From the NCBI GenBank assembly GCA_019358915.1, contig JAHHIM010000036.1, forward strand, positions 443,588 to 507,587: 64,000 nucleotides of DNA. Direction: 5' to 3'. The notes below the pieces were generated by a model, which was not told the DNA's origin, did no database searches, and saw nothing but the letters and a program-made list of their open reading frames with translations. The DNA comes from Trichormus sp. ATA11-4-KO1. Its GTDB lineage: Bacteria > Cyanobacteriota > Cyanobacteriia > Cyanobacteriales > Nostocaceae. Of the stretch, positions 29,133 through 39,071 are shown in pieces (the stretch's first letter is position 1; each line of letters begins with the position of its first letter). Made by a program: the position numbers and the translations under genes.

Positions 29133-29717
29133 CTACCAAATTTTACTCATATTCAAGATAAATCCAGGTAACACAGGGTCAGCGTTAATAGTATCAGGAT
29201 TATCTAGACATGCAACTGGTTTTCCAGGAGAATAAATATAAACTTGGCGATGTTTGCGGTCAATTAACCAGCCTAATTGTATTCCTGGTTCCTGCATATC
29301 TTCCTCCATTTTTTCCTGCAAAAGTTGGAGGCGATCGCTCGGTGATCTCAGTTCAATGATAAAATCTGGACAAATAGGGGCAAATTTTTGTTTTTGTGCA
29401 GATGATAGAGTATTCCACCGTTCGAGTTTCATCCAGGACGCATCGGGAGAACGTTCTGCACGTGTTGATAGTTTAAATCCTGTGCTGGAGTCAAAACAAA
29501 TACCCGTACCATCTTGTTCTGCCCACACTCCTAATTGTACAGCAACATTAAAGTTCCGATTGCCTGTTTCTGAACCTGTAGGCGGCATAATTGATATTTC
29601 TCCCAACTTATTCCGTTCAATGCGTAAGTCACGGTTAAACTGACAGAACTCAAAGAATTGTTCGTCTGTCATTTGTATTGATGGTGGAAATTGCAGCACC
29701 AAGGGAGATGAAAACAT
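29133..29717 (-). CDS. Uma2 family (DUF820) endonuclease-fold protein
   Basis: IMPPTGSETG, SPDASW, CPDFIIELRSPSD, LGWLID. Start placed at ATG 29717. Confidence 0.88.
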   Translation of the reverse strand: MFSSPLVLQFPPSIQMTDEQFFEFCQFNRDLRIERNKLGEISIMPPTGSETGNRNFNVAVQLGVWAEQDGTGICFDSSTGFKLSTRAERSPDASWMKLERWNTLSSAQKQKFAPICPDFIIELRSPSDRLQLLQEKMEEDMQEPGIQLGWLIDRKHRQVYIYSPGKPVACLDNPDTINADPVLPGFILNMSKIW

Positions 29718-29750
29718 ATGCTGACCCGAATAGGCTTTATCTTTATTCTC

Positions 29751-29797
29751 ACGCAAAGACGCAAAGACGCCAAGCTATAACTTTGCGTCTTTGCGTC
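29751..29797. repeat. Inverted octamer repeats ACGCAAAG / CTTTGCGT
   Basis: Read directly; the same family occurs at about 23375 and 34997. Confidence 0.75.
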
Positions 29798-29865
29798 TCA
29801 TCTGAATATAGAAAACGGACTTGGTTGGGATATGATTTTACTCAGCACTCAGGAAGGAAGCACTT

Positions 29866-30504
29866 TTATTTATTAGGCTGAGGAGTCATTCGCAAATAAG
29901 GTTTGATTTCCTGGTAACCTTTGGGGAATTTTTCTTTGAGTACTTCTGGATCTTTGAGTGAGGGGACGATCACGCAATCTTCACCGTCTTTCCAGTCGGC
30001 TGGTGTAGCTACGCTGTAATTATCGGTTAATTGCAATGAATCAATTACCCGCAAAAGTTCATCAAAGTTGCGTCCGGTGCTTGGGGGATAGGTGAAAGTT
30101 AGACGCAGTTTTTTGTTAGGGTCAATGACAAAAACCGATCGCACTGTCACGCTAGCAGCAGCATTCGGGTGAATCATGTCGTAAAGGTCAGATACTTTAC
30201 GATCGCCATCGGCCAAAATTGGGTAGTTGAGAGTAGTGCTTTGAGTTTCTTCAATGTCTCCTACCCATCCATTGTGGGAGTCAACATCATCAACGCTGAG
30301 TGCGATCGCTTTGACATTACGCTTGTCAAATTCTGGCTTCAGTTTGGCAACTGTGCCTAACTCGGTTGTGCAGACTGGTGTAAAGTCAGCAGGGTGGGAA
30401 AACAGCACTACCCAGCTGTCACCTGCCCATTCGTAAAAGTTGATGTCGCCGTGTGTAGAGGCTTGCGTAAAATTGGGTACTGTATCACCAAGACGGAGAG
30501 TCAT
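29866..30504 (-). CDS. 1-Cys peroxiredoxin (Prx6 family)
   Basis: FSHPADFTPVCTTE, YP.STGRNFDE, ATPADW. Confidence 0.95.
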   Translation of the reverse strand: MTLRLGDTVPNFTQASTHGDINFYEWAGDSWVVLFSHPADFTPVCTTELGTVAKLKPEFDKRNVKAIALSVDDVDSHNGWVGDIEETQSTTLNYPILADGDRKVSDLYDMIHPNAAASVTVRSVFVIDPNKKLRLTFTYPPSTGRNFDELLRVIDSLQLTDNYSVATPADWKDGEDCVIVPSLKDPEVLKEKFPKGYQEIKPYLRMTPQPNK

Positions 30505-30694
30505 GCGAGATTCCCTGTAATTAGAAAGGCATATGTATTCTACTTTGCGATCATGACATAAAACACCGGTTACCCAATCGGTATTTAGTCGCTTTTAACA
30601 AAATTTTAACTCTTGAGCGTTGAGAAAGTTTTGAGAATGTAATTATTATACAAAAAAGTGGCTTTTCATTAACATTGCAGAGATAATCGGGTAC

Positions 30695-31810
30695 ATGATG
30701 CTCAAAAAAACTCTGTTAATTCCGCGTCTTGCAGTAGCCTGTGGTTTATTCTTGCTAACGGCTTGTCGCGGTAACCCTAACTCATTGCAAATCAAACTGT
30801 TAGTTGGTAGTGCCTTAGGGGATTTTTGCCACCAAGCCGCCCAAAATTTTAATGCTACACAACCTCAACTAGACAATGGTAAGGCTTTTCAGGTAGGGTG
30901 CGAAGCCAAGGGTAGTGGTGATGTCGTCACCAAGGTAGTTTCTTTGGCAACTCAGCTCAAGAATGGAACATTGCAGGCTGATGCAGCAGATTTTCCGACG
31001 ATTATTTCACTAGATGGAGATATTTATCACAGTCAGCTTATTTACCGGATGAATCAACTGTTTCCGGGACAAAATTATATTCCGGAAGTCACCGAGTCGC
31101 CGCTTGTGGCAAATACGCCAATGGTATGGATGGCGCAGGTGGATGTTGCTGGAGAACTGCGCCAAGCTGCCAAAAAGCATGGTGTTATTCAGCCAGTACT
31201 ACCGTTAGCCGTTCAATATGTGCATACTGTGCCTACTCGTTCTAATTCTGGGTTACAAACTTTAGTAGCTCAATACGCAAATATATCAGGAAAGCGTCCT
31301 GAAGAACTCACGGTTGCTGATGTGCAAAAATTGCAGCCGCAAATGCAGCAAATTCACAACCAAATTATCGGTTACGGCATTTCTACTAATTCTCTCGCCC
31401 AAGCAATTATTAAAAATGACCAATTTAAGAATTTTGTCGGGTTGGTGTACGAATCTAGTGTGATTGCTGTCAATTCTGCATTACCACCAGACAAACCACG
31501 CTATCAGGCAGTTTATCCTAGGGCAACATTTACTTCCAATATGCGGACAATTTTGCCTAATGCACCTTGGGTAAGTGCTGATGAGAAGGCGGCGGCGGCA
31601 AAATTCATTAATTATTGGCGATCGCCAGCCACTCAAAAACTGGCTACCGATTTAGGTTTGCGACCGGGAACGCCAGGAGTCGCTTTAGGTGCAAAGTTTA
31701 CCCCAGAATTTGGTGTTGATTCCCAAGCCAAGTATGATTCATTAAGATCACCACAGCCAGAAGTTGTAGAAATTATACTGGAAGCTTGGCAGGAAGCGGT
31801 TAAGAAGTAG
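30695..31810 (+). CDS. Lipoprotein with extracellular solute-binding domain; apparently lacks a C-terminal vWA domain
   Basis: Lipobox LLTAC, GSGDVV, PTRSNSG, YESSVI, G.RPG. Confidence 0.75.
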   Translation: MMLKKTLLIPRLAVACGLFLLTACRGNPNSLQIKLLVGSALGDFCHQAAQNFNATQPQLDNGKAFQVGCEAKGSGDVVTKVVSLATQLKNGTLQADAADFPTIISLDGDIYHSQLIYRMNQLFPGQNYIPEVTESPLVANTPMVWMAQVDVAGELRQAAKKHGVIQPVLPLAVQYVHTVPTRSNSGLQTLVAQYANISGKRPEELTVADVQKLQPQMQQIHNQIIGYGISTNSLAQAIIKNDQFKNFVGLVYESSVIAVNSALPPDKPRYQAVYPRATFTSNMRTILPNAPWVSADEKAAAAKFINYWRSPATQKLATDLGLRPGTPGVALGAKFTPEFGVDSQAKYDSLRSPQPEVVEIILEAWQEAVKK

Positions 31811-31908
31811 ATAGCGGCCAATTTTACACTATACTAATTATTTAACATTGAACTTCTAGCAAAAGTTGAAATCATGAATAATTAATCGCCGAGCAACGCA
31901 GATAAAAC

Positions 31909-32634
31909 ATGATAAAACTAGCAAATCCACTTTATTATCCAGTAGCTGTATTAGCTGGTGGCATTGTTCTGGTGGTTGGTGTACGTCTGGCTCAATTACC
32001 TAGTAAACTTATTTTACCTGTAGCAGCTGGTATCGCTACTGCTGGAGCTAGTTTTTTGCAATACCGCGAACCTCAAGATTTTGAATTAGATAATTCTGAA
32101 TTAGAACAGGAAATTACAGCAGTGCAAATTGCTGCTTTTTCTTTGGCGAATCAAGCTAATAAACTGCGTTTAGAAGCCAAAAAACTGTTAACTAATTCTT
32201 CCCAGGGAGAACTTTTAGCATCACTACAAATAAGTTGCGATCGCGCGGTTGAATTACCAGAAAAACTTCGGGCTATAGTCTGGTATTTATATGGTAGTAA
32301 TGCTTTAATTTCCGTCAGTTCATTAAAACAGCAATTAGCAGTAGTTCAACAACAACGTCGATCTAGTTCGGGCGTAAAAAAGCAACAAATCAACCAACTG
32401 AAAGACTTTCTTAGACACAACATCAAATTAGCCAAAGCTGGTAAAGATACCCGTTTAGCAAGAATTACCAAAATTTCTAGTCTGATTCAAGATTCTACTG
32501 CTGTGTTTTATAATTTGCAAACTAAATTACGTAGTTTTGACTTTAGTAACTCTGAAAAAATTTATGAGTTGCAATTACTAAGTGAGCAACTTAGTAGCTT
32601 AGAAGTCAGTCTCGATGTGTTAGTTCGCAAATAA
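31909..32634 (+). CDS. Two-TM coiled-coil hypothetical protein
   Basis: Two N-terminal hydrophobic helices followed by a long heptad-rich region. Confidence 0.75.
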   Translation: MIKLANPLYYPVAVLAGGIVLVVGVRLAQLPSKLILPVAAGIATAGASFLQYREPQDFELDNSELEQEITAVQIAAFSLANQANKLRLEAKKLLTNSSQGELLASLQISCDRAVELPEKLRAIVWYLYGSNALISVSSLKQQLAVVQQQRRSSSGVKKQQINQLKDFLRHNIKLAKAGKDTRLARITKISSLIQDSTAVFYNLQTKLRSFDFSNSEKIYELQLLSEQLSSLEVSLDVLVRK

Positions 32635-32649
32635 TACAAAGTATGCAGA

Positions 32650-33783
32650 ATGGTCAATAAACCCGCAAAATGGCCCCAAATTGTTACTTCAATTGCCATC
32701 ATCTTAGCAGCATTAGGTTTAACTTATGCCCCTATTCCTGGGTCAAAGCAAACAGTGATAGTTGTCAGTGGTACAGAACTCCAAGCACCTCTGCAAAATC
32801 TAGAGGCAAAATTTAGGCAAATAAACCCGCAGATTAAATTAGAGTTAAAGTTTCAAGGTTCCCAAGAATTGGTGAACAGATATATTAATAAAAGGGATGA
32901 TTTTCAACCAGCAGTTTTCATTCCAGGAAATGGAGAAATTCTATCAGAATTAAGCGATCGCCTGCGTGCTATTCACAACAGTGAACCTTTTTATGACTCT
33001 CCCCAACCCATAGCCAAAACCATGTTAGTAGGTATTGCTTGGCCAGAACGGGGGAAAATCCTCTTCCCCAATAACCGCTTTCAATGGTCAAAAATTGAAC
33101 AAGCTATGCAAGCAATGACTTGGGGAGAAATAGGTGGTTCTAGTGATTGGGGTAGCTTTGATTTTGTGATGACAGACCCCACCCGTTCTAATAGCGGTCA
33201 GTTGACGTTAGATTTATGGATACAATCAAAATTAGGAGCAAGCATCAATAGCATAAGTTTCAAAAATTTATCTGTGCGATCGCTATTGAGTTTAATTAAA
33301 AAATCAGTTTATCAACCACCCCGTTCTACAGATATTCTCCTACAAGAATTTATTGTCAAAGGTGCAAACGAGGCTGATGTCGCTACAGTCTATGAAAGCA
33401 TAGCCCTTTATCGTTGGCAACAATCAATTGCTAATCAAGGTCAACCTTACCAAATTTATTATTTAGATCCGTCAATGGAGACTACTGCCACAGCTGCAAT
33501 TATCCGTCACAATGTTGATGTTAATACAGCCAAAGCTGCCAGAGAGTTTCTCAATTTTCTCATCCAACCAGAACAACAAGCTGTATTCGTGCAGTATGGT
33601 TTTCGTCCAGTGAATCATACTGTTGATTTGACAACTGTAACTAATAGCCCGTGGAAACAGAATATTCCCGGTGCCGAATTGCAGCCGAATATAAAAATAT
33701 TACCACCTCCAAATCCCCAGGCGATCGCAGAAATTCAGCGTTTGTGGGAAAGGGCAGACTGGGGAGTAGGGATTGGAGATTAG
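32650..33783 (+). CDS. Extracellular solute-binding protein, paralogous to 30695-31810
   Basis: N-terminal anchor, GSQELV, DPTRSNSG, VYESIA, YGFRP. Confidence 0.8.
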   Translation: MVNKPAKWPQIVTSIAIILAALGLTYAPIPGSKQTVIVVSGTELQAPLQNLEAKFRQINPQIKLELKFQGSQELVNRYINKRDDFQPAVFIPGNGEILSELSDRLRAIHNSEPFYDSPQPIAKTMLVGIAWPERGKILFPNNRFQWSKIEQAMQAMTWGEIGGSSDWGSFDFVMTDPTRSNSGQLTLDLWIQSKLGASINSISFKNLSVRSLLSLIKKSVYQPPRSTDILLQEFIVKGANEADVATVYESIALYRWQQSIANQGQPYQIYYLDPSMETTATAAIIRHNVDVNTAKAAREFLNFLIQPEQQAVFVQYGFRPVNHTVDLTTVTNSPWKQNIPGAELQPNIKILPPPNPQAIAEIQRLWERADWGVGIGD

Positions 33784-33785
33784 AA

Positions 33786-34982
33786 TTATTTGGCTAATAT
33801 TTGTTGATAGGCGGAGATGATTTGACGGGCGATCGCATTCCAACTAAAGTTTTGTAAAGCATATTGTTGGGCATTTAATCCCCGTCGCTGTCGTTCTTGG
33901 GGATTTTGCAAAGCTTCTTGCAGTAATTCTACGAGTGCTTGCACTTTTGTTACACCTACCCAACCCGACTCACTATCACGCACCTGCTGCCAAATATGCA
34001 CTTGGTCAGATATGACTACAGGTATTCCTGCTACCATTGCTTCAGCGACAGCGATACCAAAGTTTTCATAGTATGAAGGCAAAACGAATAAATCAGCAGC
34101 TTGCAGTAAACTAGCCTTTAGTTCACCACTGACAAAGCCTGTAACTGTAGTGTGCGATCGCAGTGATGAATTTGCAATTTGGGATTTTATTTTTTGCTCA
34201 TAATCTGGGTCTTGAGAATTTGTCCCAGCTAAAACAAAATGAAAATCGACTCCGACAGCTAGCAACTTCTCTAGTGCTGGAATCAACAGATTTAACCCCT
34301 TTTTCTGGTCAATTCGCGACATAAACAGCACCAAAGGCACATCTTTTGGTATCCCCCACTGATTACGTGCTACACTCCCCCCATCTCCCACTCCCCCCAT
34401 CTCCCCATCTTCTTCATGGGGAATCACACCCAAAGGAATTACCAAATCTTGCGTAGATACCCCAAAGCGTGCTGATATTTTCGCTTCTTGGTCACTAGTA
34501 AAATGAATTGCTGCTGCACCAGCTATATTACGCCGTTCCACAAGTCCAACATAAAGCTGTTTTAATTGCTTTTTCTTACGTAAATCCGCCGGGTCAAGAG
34601 TACCCAAAGGACGCAAAATATAAGGTAGCTTTTGCTGACGACACACAATTGCCGCCGCACTACTTACAGGGGAGAATAAAGCATGAATATGTGCTAGGTC
34701 AAACTCACAGGCATGAATTCTTAGCCATTGTAATAAGTCAAGGGAAAACTTGTAGCGACGAAAAGGGGCGCAACGAAAATAAATTATTTCATAACCATCT
34801 TGTTTAACTGGATTATTTAAAGGTACATCCAGGGGTTTTTGCCCACTATCACCATTACTATCAGTTGTGAGTATCGTAACCTCCACTTTCTCTTTTGCCA
34901 ACGCAGCAGCCAGCCCCAAAACCATTTGACTAGGGCCACCATAAACTAGAGAAATTGAAGGAACAACTTGTAAAATTTTCAT
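33786..34982 (-). CDS. hpsP: GT4 glycosyltransferase, hormogonium polysaccharide HpsP-like
   Basis: MKILQVVPSISLVYGGPSQMV, ENFGIAVAEAM; last gene of the cluster. Confidence 0.78.
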   Translation of the reverse strand: MKILQVVPSISLVYGGPSQMVLGLAAALAKEKVEVTILTTDSNGDSGQKPLDVPLNNPVKQDGYEIIYFRCAPFRRYKFSLDLLQWLRIHACEFDLAHIHALFSPVSSAAAIVCRQQKLPYILRPLGTLDPADLRKKKQLKQLYVGLVERRNIAGAAAIHFTSDQEAKISARFGVSTQDLVIPLGVIPHEEDGEMGGVGDGGSVARNQWGIPKDVPLVLFMSRIDQKKGLNLLIPALEKLLAVGVDFHFVLAGTNSQDPDYEQKIKSQIANSSLRSHTTVTGFVSGELKASLLQAADLFVLPSYYENFGIAVAEAMVAGIPVVISDQVHIWQQVRDSESGWVGVTKVQALVELLQEALQNPQERQRRGLNAQQYALQNFSWNAIARQIISAYQQILAK

Positions 34983-35057
34983 GATTTTGCAATCTTCTTT
35001 GCGCCTTTGCGTCTTTGCGCGAACTTTTTATATTATTCAGCAGCGCCAAAATACTGA

Positions 35058-36230
35058 TTAACTATTAACCAATTCCTGATAAAATGCAAACTGCTGCTTT
35101 GCCAAAGCCTTGTTAGTATATTTAGTCATGGCTTTTTGATAACCCATTTCACCGAGACTGTGCGCCAAATCTGGTTCTTCAATTAATTGAAATAAGCAAT
35201 TAGCTAACGCTTTCACATCACCTTCAGGAAAGACTAAACCAGCATCACCAATTACATGAGGAATTTCCCCAGAATTGGAGCCAATAACAGGAACTCGGCA
35301 AGCCATAGCTTCTATTAAGACATGACCAAATTGTTCTTTCCAACCAACGGCAGTTAATGTTTTAAATTTGTAGGTAGTTTCTGATGGCAATACTAAAGTA
35401 TTCATCAAATTGATATAACTAGCAACTACATTATGGGGGACACTTTCTATAAAAATTACCCTTTCTTTAACGTTGTTTTCTGTAGCAATTTTAATTAATT
35501 CTTCCTGTAACTCACCCCGTCCTAATAGCAATAACTTCCAAGGTTTATTTGGGATTGTGATTAATGCTTTTAACAAGGTCAATAAACCTTTTTCTGCAAC
35601 AAAACGCCCCACAAATCCCACAACAAAATCTTCAGATGTAATACCTAACTTAGCCGCCAACTCTGGTTGGACTTGGGGAGTAAACAAGTTTTCGTCTACA
35701 CCCAGTTGTGGCATAACTTTAATTAGCCCTTGATATCCCCGTTGTTGTAGAACATTTGCCCCATCCTGATTACCAGAAATGATTCCGTGACTATGATTAA
35801 GGTTATATTTTTCTAATAAAGCAACCGGAAATTTTAGTTCATATGGCAGATTCCACCAAGTAAAAAATATATTTTTTGCCTTCAGTCCTAATAGCTGATT
35901 GAGGACAATCATCTGAGTATAAGCCAGTCCTCTAGACCCTTGTTCCACCTGGATAATTTGCGGGCGAAATTGTTGAAATAAAGATATTAAATCAGTGCCA
36001 AAAGTAAGTAACCCTTGATGATTTTGGCTAAAATTAGATACTGGAACTATTTTAAAATTGCCTTCATCACGGTATTGGGTTGCAATCACTTTGTTTTGTA
36101 CACCGCCAGGTCTCCAGGTTTTAGGGACAACAACTGTAACTTCAATTCCTGGTTCTAGTTGAGCTAGAGCGCGTAATTTTTCACAGTTAAGGTCTACGAT
36201 ATAGGAATGACTGGCAACTAAGATTTTCAT
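35058..36230 (-). CDS. hpsO: GT4 glycosyltransferase, HpsO-like
   Basis: MKILVASHSYIVDLNCEKL, WKEQFGHVLIEAM. Confidence 0.78.
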   Translation of the reverse strand: MKILVASHSYIVDLNCEKLRALAQLEPGIEVTVVVPKTWRPGGVQNKVIATQYRDEGNFKIVPVSNFSQNHQGLLTFGTDLISLFQQFRPQIIQVEQGSRGLAYTQMIVLNQLLGLKAKNIFFTWWNLPYELKFPVALLEKYNLNHSHGIISGNQDGANVLQQRGYQGLIKVMPQLGVDENLFTPQVQPELAAKLGITSEDFVVGFVGRFVAEKGLLTLLKALITIPNKPWKLLLLGRGELQEELIKIATENNVKERVIFIESVPHNVVASYINLMNTLVLPSETTYKFKTLTAVGWKEQFGHVLIEAMACRVPVIGSNSGEIPHVIGDAGLVFPEGDVKALANCLFQLIEEPDLAHSLGEMGYQKAMTKYTNKALAKQQFAFYQELVNS

Positions 36231-36280
36231 GGGTATTAGGTAATTATTGATTTTCCTTACTAATGACCAATGACTAATAA

Positions 36281-37261
36281 CTAAACTTGTTGATCTAAAC
36301 GAGTGTAGATTTGACCATCATTCCAGATTGATTGGATGATAGTACCTAAAGCTTTAAAAAAACCCAAAGTGAAGAAAATACCACGAGTTGCAATTTTTAA
36401 AGGAGAACCGCTTTTATTACAAGGAGGGTGTCCTAGAACGTGACAGTCAAATAAACGGGCGTACAGGCGCAAAGCTTGAATAGCATTGAGGTTTTTCAGC
36501 CCCATTAAGAAATGATTGTGGTAGAAGGTGAGTTGATACTTGAGCGATCGCATACTAATATCATGACAACCCCCCGTTTCTTCTCCTAAATGGATTAAAT
36601 AAGCCTCTGGGTCATACCAAATCTTATATCCTGTCTGTCGCACACGTAAACAAAAGTCCGACTCTTCGCGCACAGCACTACCGCGAAACCTCTCGTCAAA
36701 CTTTAGTCCATATTTCGTAAAAATTTCGCGGCGAAACGACATATTGCAACCCCTAGCTGTTAGTACCTGCTGGGGTTTGATTGTATGGACTAAATCAATG
36801 TGATACCAGGCGATTCCTGGGTCCATTGCTTGGGGAGGCAAATATTCAATCTGCAATTCTCCGCCAGAATCACCTAGTTTCATTCTGTCAAATACCCGGC
36901 CAGCCACAGCCCCTATGTCTGGGTTCTGTAAATAATTTTTGGCATGGGCTGCTAAAAATTCCGGGGTTAACTTCACATCATCATCAATAAATAAAATTAT
37001 TTCCCCTTTTGAGCGTCGTACACCATAATTACGCGCCCCTGGTAAACTCGCCCAATCTAAGCGAAACCATGTAATTTTATTGGCTGCGGTTAATTCTTCT
37101 AGGTAAGCTTGAACTTCTGGTTGGTGGGTTGGGGATTGGTCTACTACCAAAACTTCAAAGTGGGGATAGTCTTGATTTAAAACATCTATAATACTATCTC
37201 GTAGTATTTCTTCTCGCCCATAGGTGGGGATAATTACAGAAATCAAAGGCAAATTATTCAT
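36281..37261 (-). CDS. hpsN: GT2 glycosyltransferase, HpsN-like
   Basis: ISVIIPTY, ARNYG, FIDDD, GCNMSFR. Confidence 0.78.
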   Translation of the reverse strand: MNNLPLISVIIPTYGREEILRDSIIDVLNQDYPHFEVLVVDQSPTHQPEVQAYLEELTAANKITWFRLDWASLPGARNYGVRRSKGEIILFIDDDVKLTPEFLAAHAKNYLQNPDIGAVAGRVFDRMKLGDSGGELQIEYLPPQAMDPGIAWYHIDLVHTIKPQQVLTARGCNMSFRREIFTKYGLKFDERFRGSAVREESDFCLRVRQTGYKIWYDPEAYLIHLGEETGGCHDISMRSLKYQLTFYHNHFLMGLKNLNAIQALRLYARLFDCHVLGHPPCNKSGSPLKIATRGIFFTLGFFKALGTIIQSIWNDGQIYTRLDQQV

Positions 37262-37343
37262 GTTTTTTTGATATTAATCATTAAATCGCCTGCTGTAGTT
37301 ATCATGTCCATTTTTATTTCACTGGCAATGAGAGGATAATCAA

Positions 37344-38993
37344 TTAAACTTTTACTTGAAAAGGTTTTTTCTTTGTTGTTTGTTGCGGATCAACATTTTG
37401 TTTTTCTTGTTTATCCAGTACTGCCAATTTGAACAGCACTCCCGCAAAAAACCAGTAGTATACAGCCACTGGATCAACATCTAAAGGATAATAGTAAGTG
37501 TTATAGCTAATAAACAGTATAAACACCCACAAAGCAGCTGCATAAGTGCGGAAATTACGGTTTTTTATGGAACGATAAGTCTTGAATCCAGTAATTGTCA
37601 GGGTAGTGACTAAAGCTACAAATCCCAGTAACCCCAAAATGCCCACCTCATATAGCACTTTCGGGTAATATGTTTCCACTAGCTTAGTTGTGCCTAATGC
37701 CCTAGCAGAGTTAGTCGCCCGACCTAAACCACTTCCCAATGGCCCACGCACATTTCGCCAGTTTTCCTCAAATTGCTGAACGATAAACTCTTGGGGTGGT
37801 GAAGCTTCCCAACGGCCAAATAAACTATCTATCCGTTCTTGGACGACATCAGGATAAGCTGCCATGGCTATTCCCAGCATGAGGGCAAGTACTAGCCCCA
37901 TGGGGATAAAGCGTTTCAGGTTACGAATTTGACCAGTTAGCAGTAGCAAAATGACGAAGCAGACTGGTACTAAAGCTAGGGCGATTCTCTGTCCTGAAAC
38001 TACTGCATTGATAAAGACTGATGCCAATGAACTCAAACCTAGCAATCGCCAAAGCAAAGAAGGGTCAGTGAAACCTGTGGCAAAGGCAAAAAAGGTGCTA
38101 GAAATCAAGAACCATGCCCATTGCCAAGGTGCGACAAAGGTTCCTGGTAAGCGAATCACTCCTTGGCTAGGGCTGTAGAGTAGAGAACCACCAAAATAAC
38201 ACCGAGCATCTAATGTTGCTCTAAATAATTCATCTCCTGTGGCATTTCTAGTGCCTTCACATACTCCAGTTAGTAGTAACAGGTATTGAATAAATCCCAG
38301 CGCACAACAAATCAGGATGATAACAACCTGTAAGCGCGATAAAAATAGAAAATCCTGTTTATTGCGAATTAAATAGTAAGCACAACCAATGAGGGGGACA
38401 TAGCCTAAAAATACTTTCAACCCCAAAATCCCCATACCTATGGGCATTTCATTGGGTGGTGTTTGCAGAAGTCCCACAGTGGGAGGATTGAGTTGTTGTC
38501 CACCATTGATAAACAGTAGTGTAAGTAGGCACAAGCCCAATAAAACAAATAGTGGAGTTTTAATGGCTTTGGGAAGTATGAGAGGTAGCCCTTGCTTATT
38601 ACATGTTTGCCAAAATGCAATCAGGGCTGGAATGTAGAAAGAATCTTTAGCTAATTGCAGGACGGGACTATTGCCAACGTAGTAAGTGATAGTACCCCCG
38701 AATGGTACGTAAATGAGGAAGGCATACAAGGCTTGGCGGGGGTATTTGTAGGAAAAGGACATGACTAAGATTCCCAAAACAGCTGGAGCTGCCACCTTAA
38801 TTCCACCTACTAAGAAAAGTAGAATGCCAAAGAAGACGCTACCAAAAGTAGCTGCGGTCAGCAAGCTGATGAATTCTTTACGGGCTTGGGCTGCTTTACG
38901 CTTTTGGGTTAATCGTTCTTTGAGGCTGAGGGTAGGAGCTTCCTGGGTATTTTGCTTTGGAGATTTTTGCGACTTTGGCTTAGTTTTCAGCAT
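37344..38993 (-). CDS. hpsL: O-antigen ligase/polymerase-like membrane protein, HpsL-like
   Basis: About 11-12 TM helices, RLPGTF, SGQR, GSGLGRATNS. Start placed at ATG 38993. Confidence 0.78.
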   Translation of the reverse strand: MLKTKPKSQKSPKQNTQEAPTLSLKERLTQKRKAAQARKEFISLLTAATFGSVFFGILLFLVGGIKVAAPAVLGILVMSFSYKYPRQALYAFLIYVPFGGTITYYVGNSPVLQLAKDSFYIPALIAFWQTCNKQGLPLILPKAIKTPLFVLLGLCLLTLLFINGGQQLNPPTVGLLQTPPNEMPIGMGILGLKVFLGYVPLIGCAYYLIRNKQDFLFLSRLQVVIILICCALGFIQYLLLLTGVCEGTRNATGDELFRATLDARCYFGGSLLYSPSQGVIRLPGTFVAPWQWAWFLISSTFFAFATGFTDPSLLWRLLGLSSLASVFINAVVSGQRIALALVPVCFVILLLLTGQIRNLKRFIPMGLVLALMLGIAMAAYPDVVQERIDSLFGRWEASPPQEFIVQQFEENWRNVRGPLGSGLGRATNSARALGTTKLVETYYPKVLYEVGILGLLGFVALVTTLTITGFKTYRSIKNRNFRTYAAALWVFILFISYNTYYYPLDVDPVAVYYWFFAGVLFKLAVLDKQEKQNVDPQQTTKKKPFQVKV

Positions 38994-39071
38994 ATTGATT
39001 TTAAAATTGGAGATTTTGGATTTGAGATTAATTGTTAATCCCAAATCCGGCCATCTGAAATCCAAAATACT

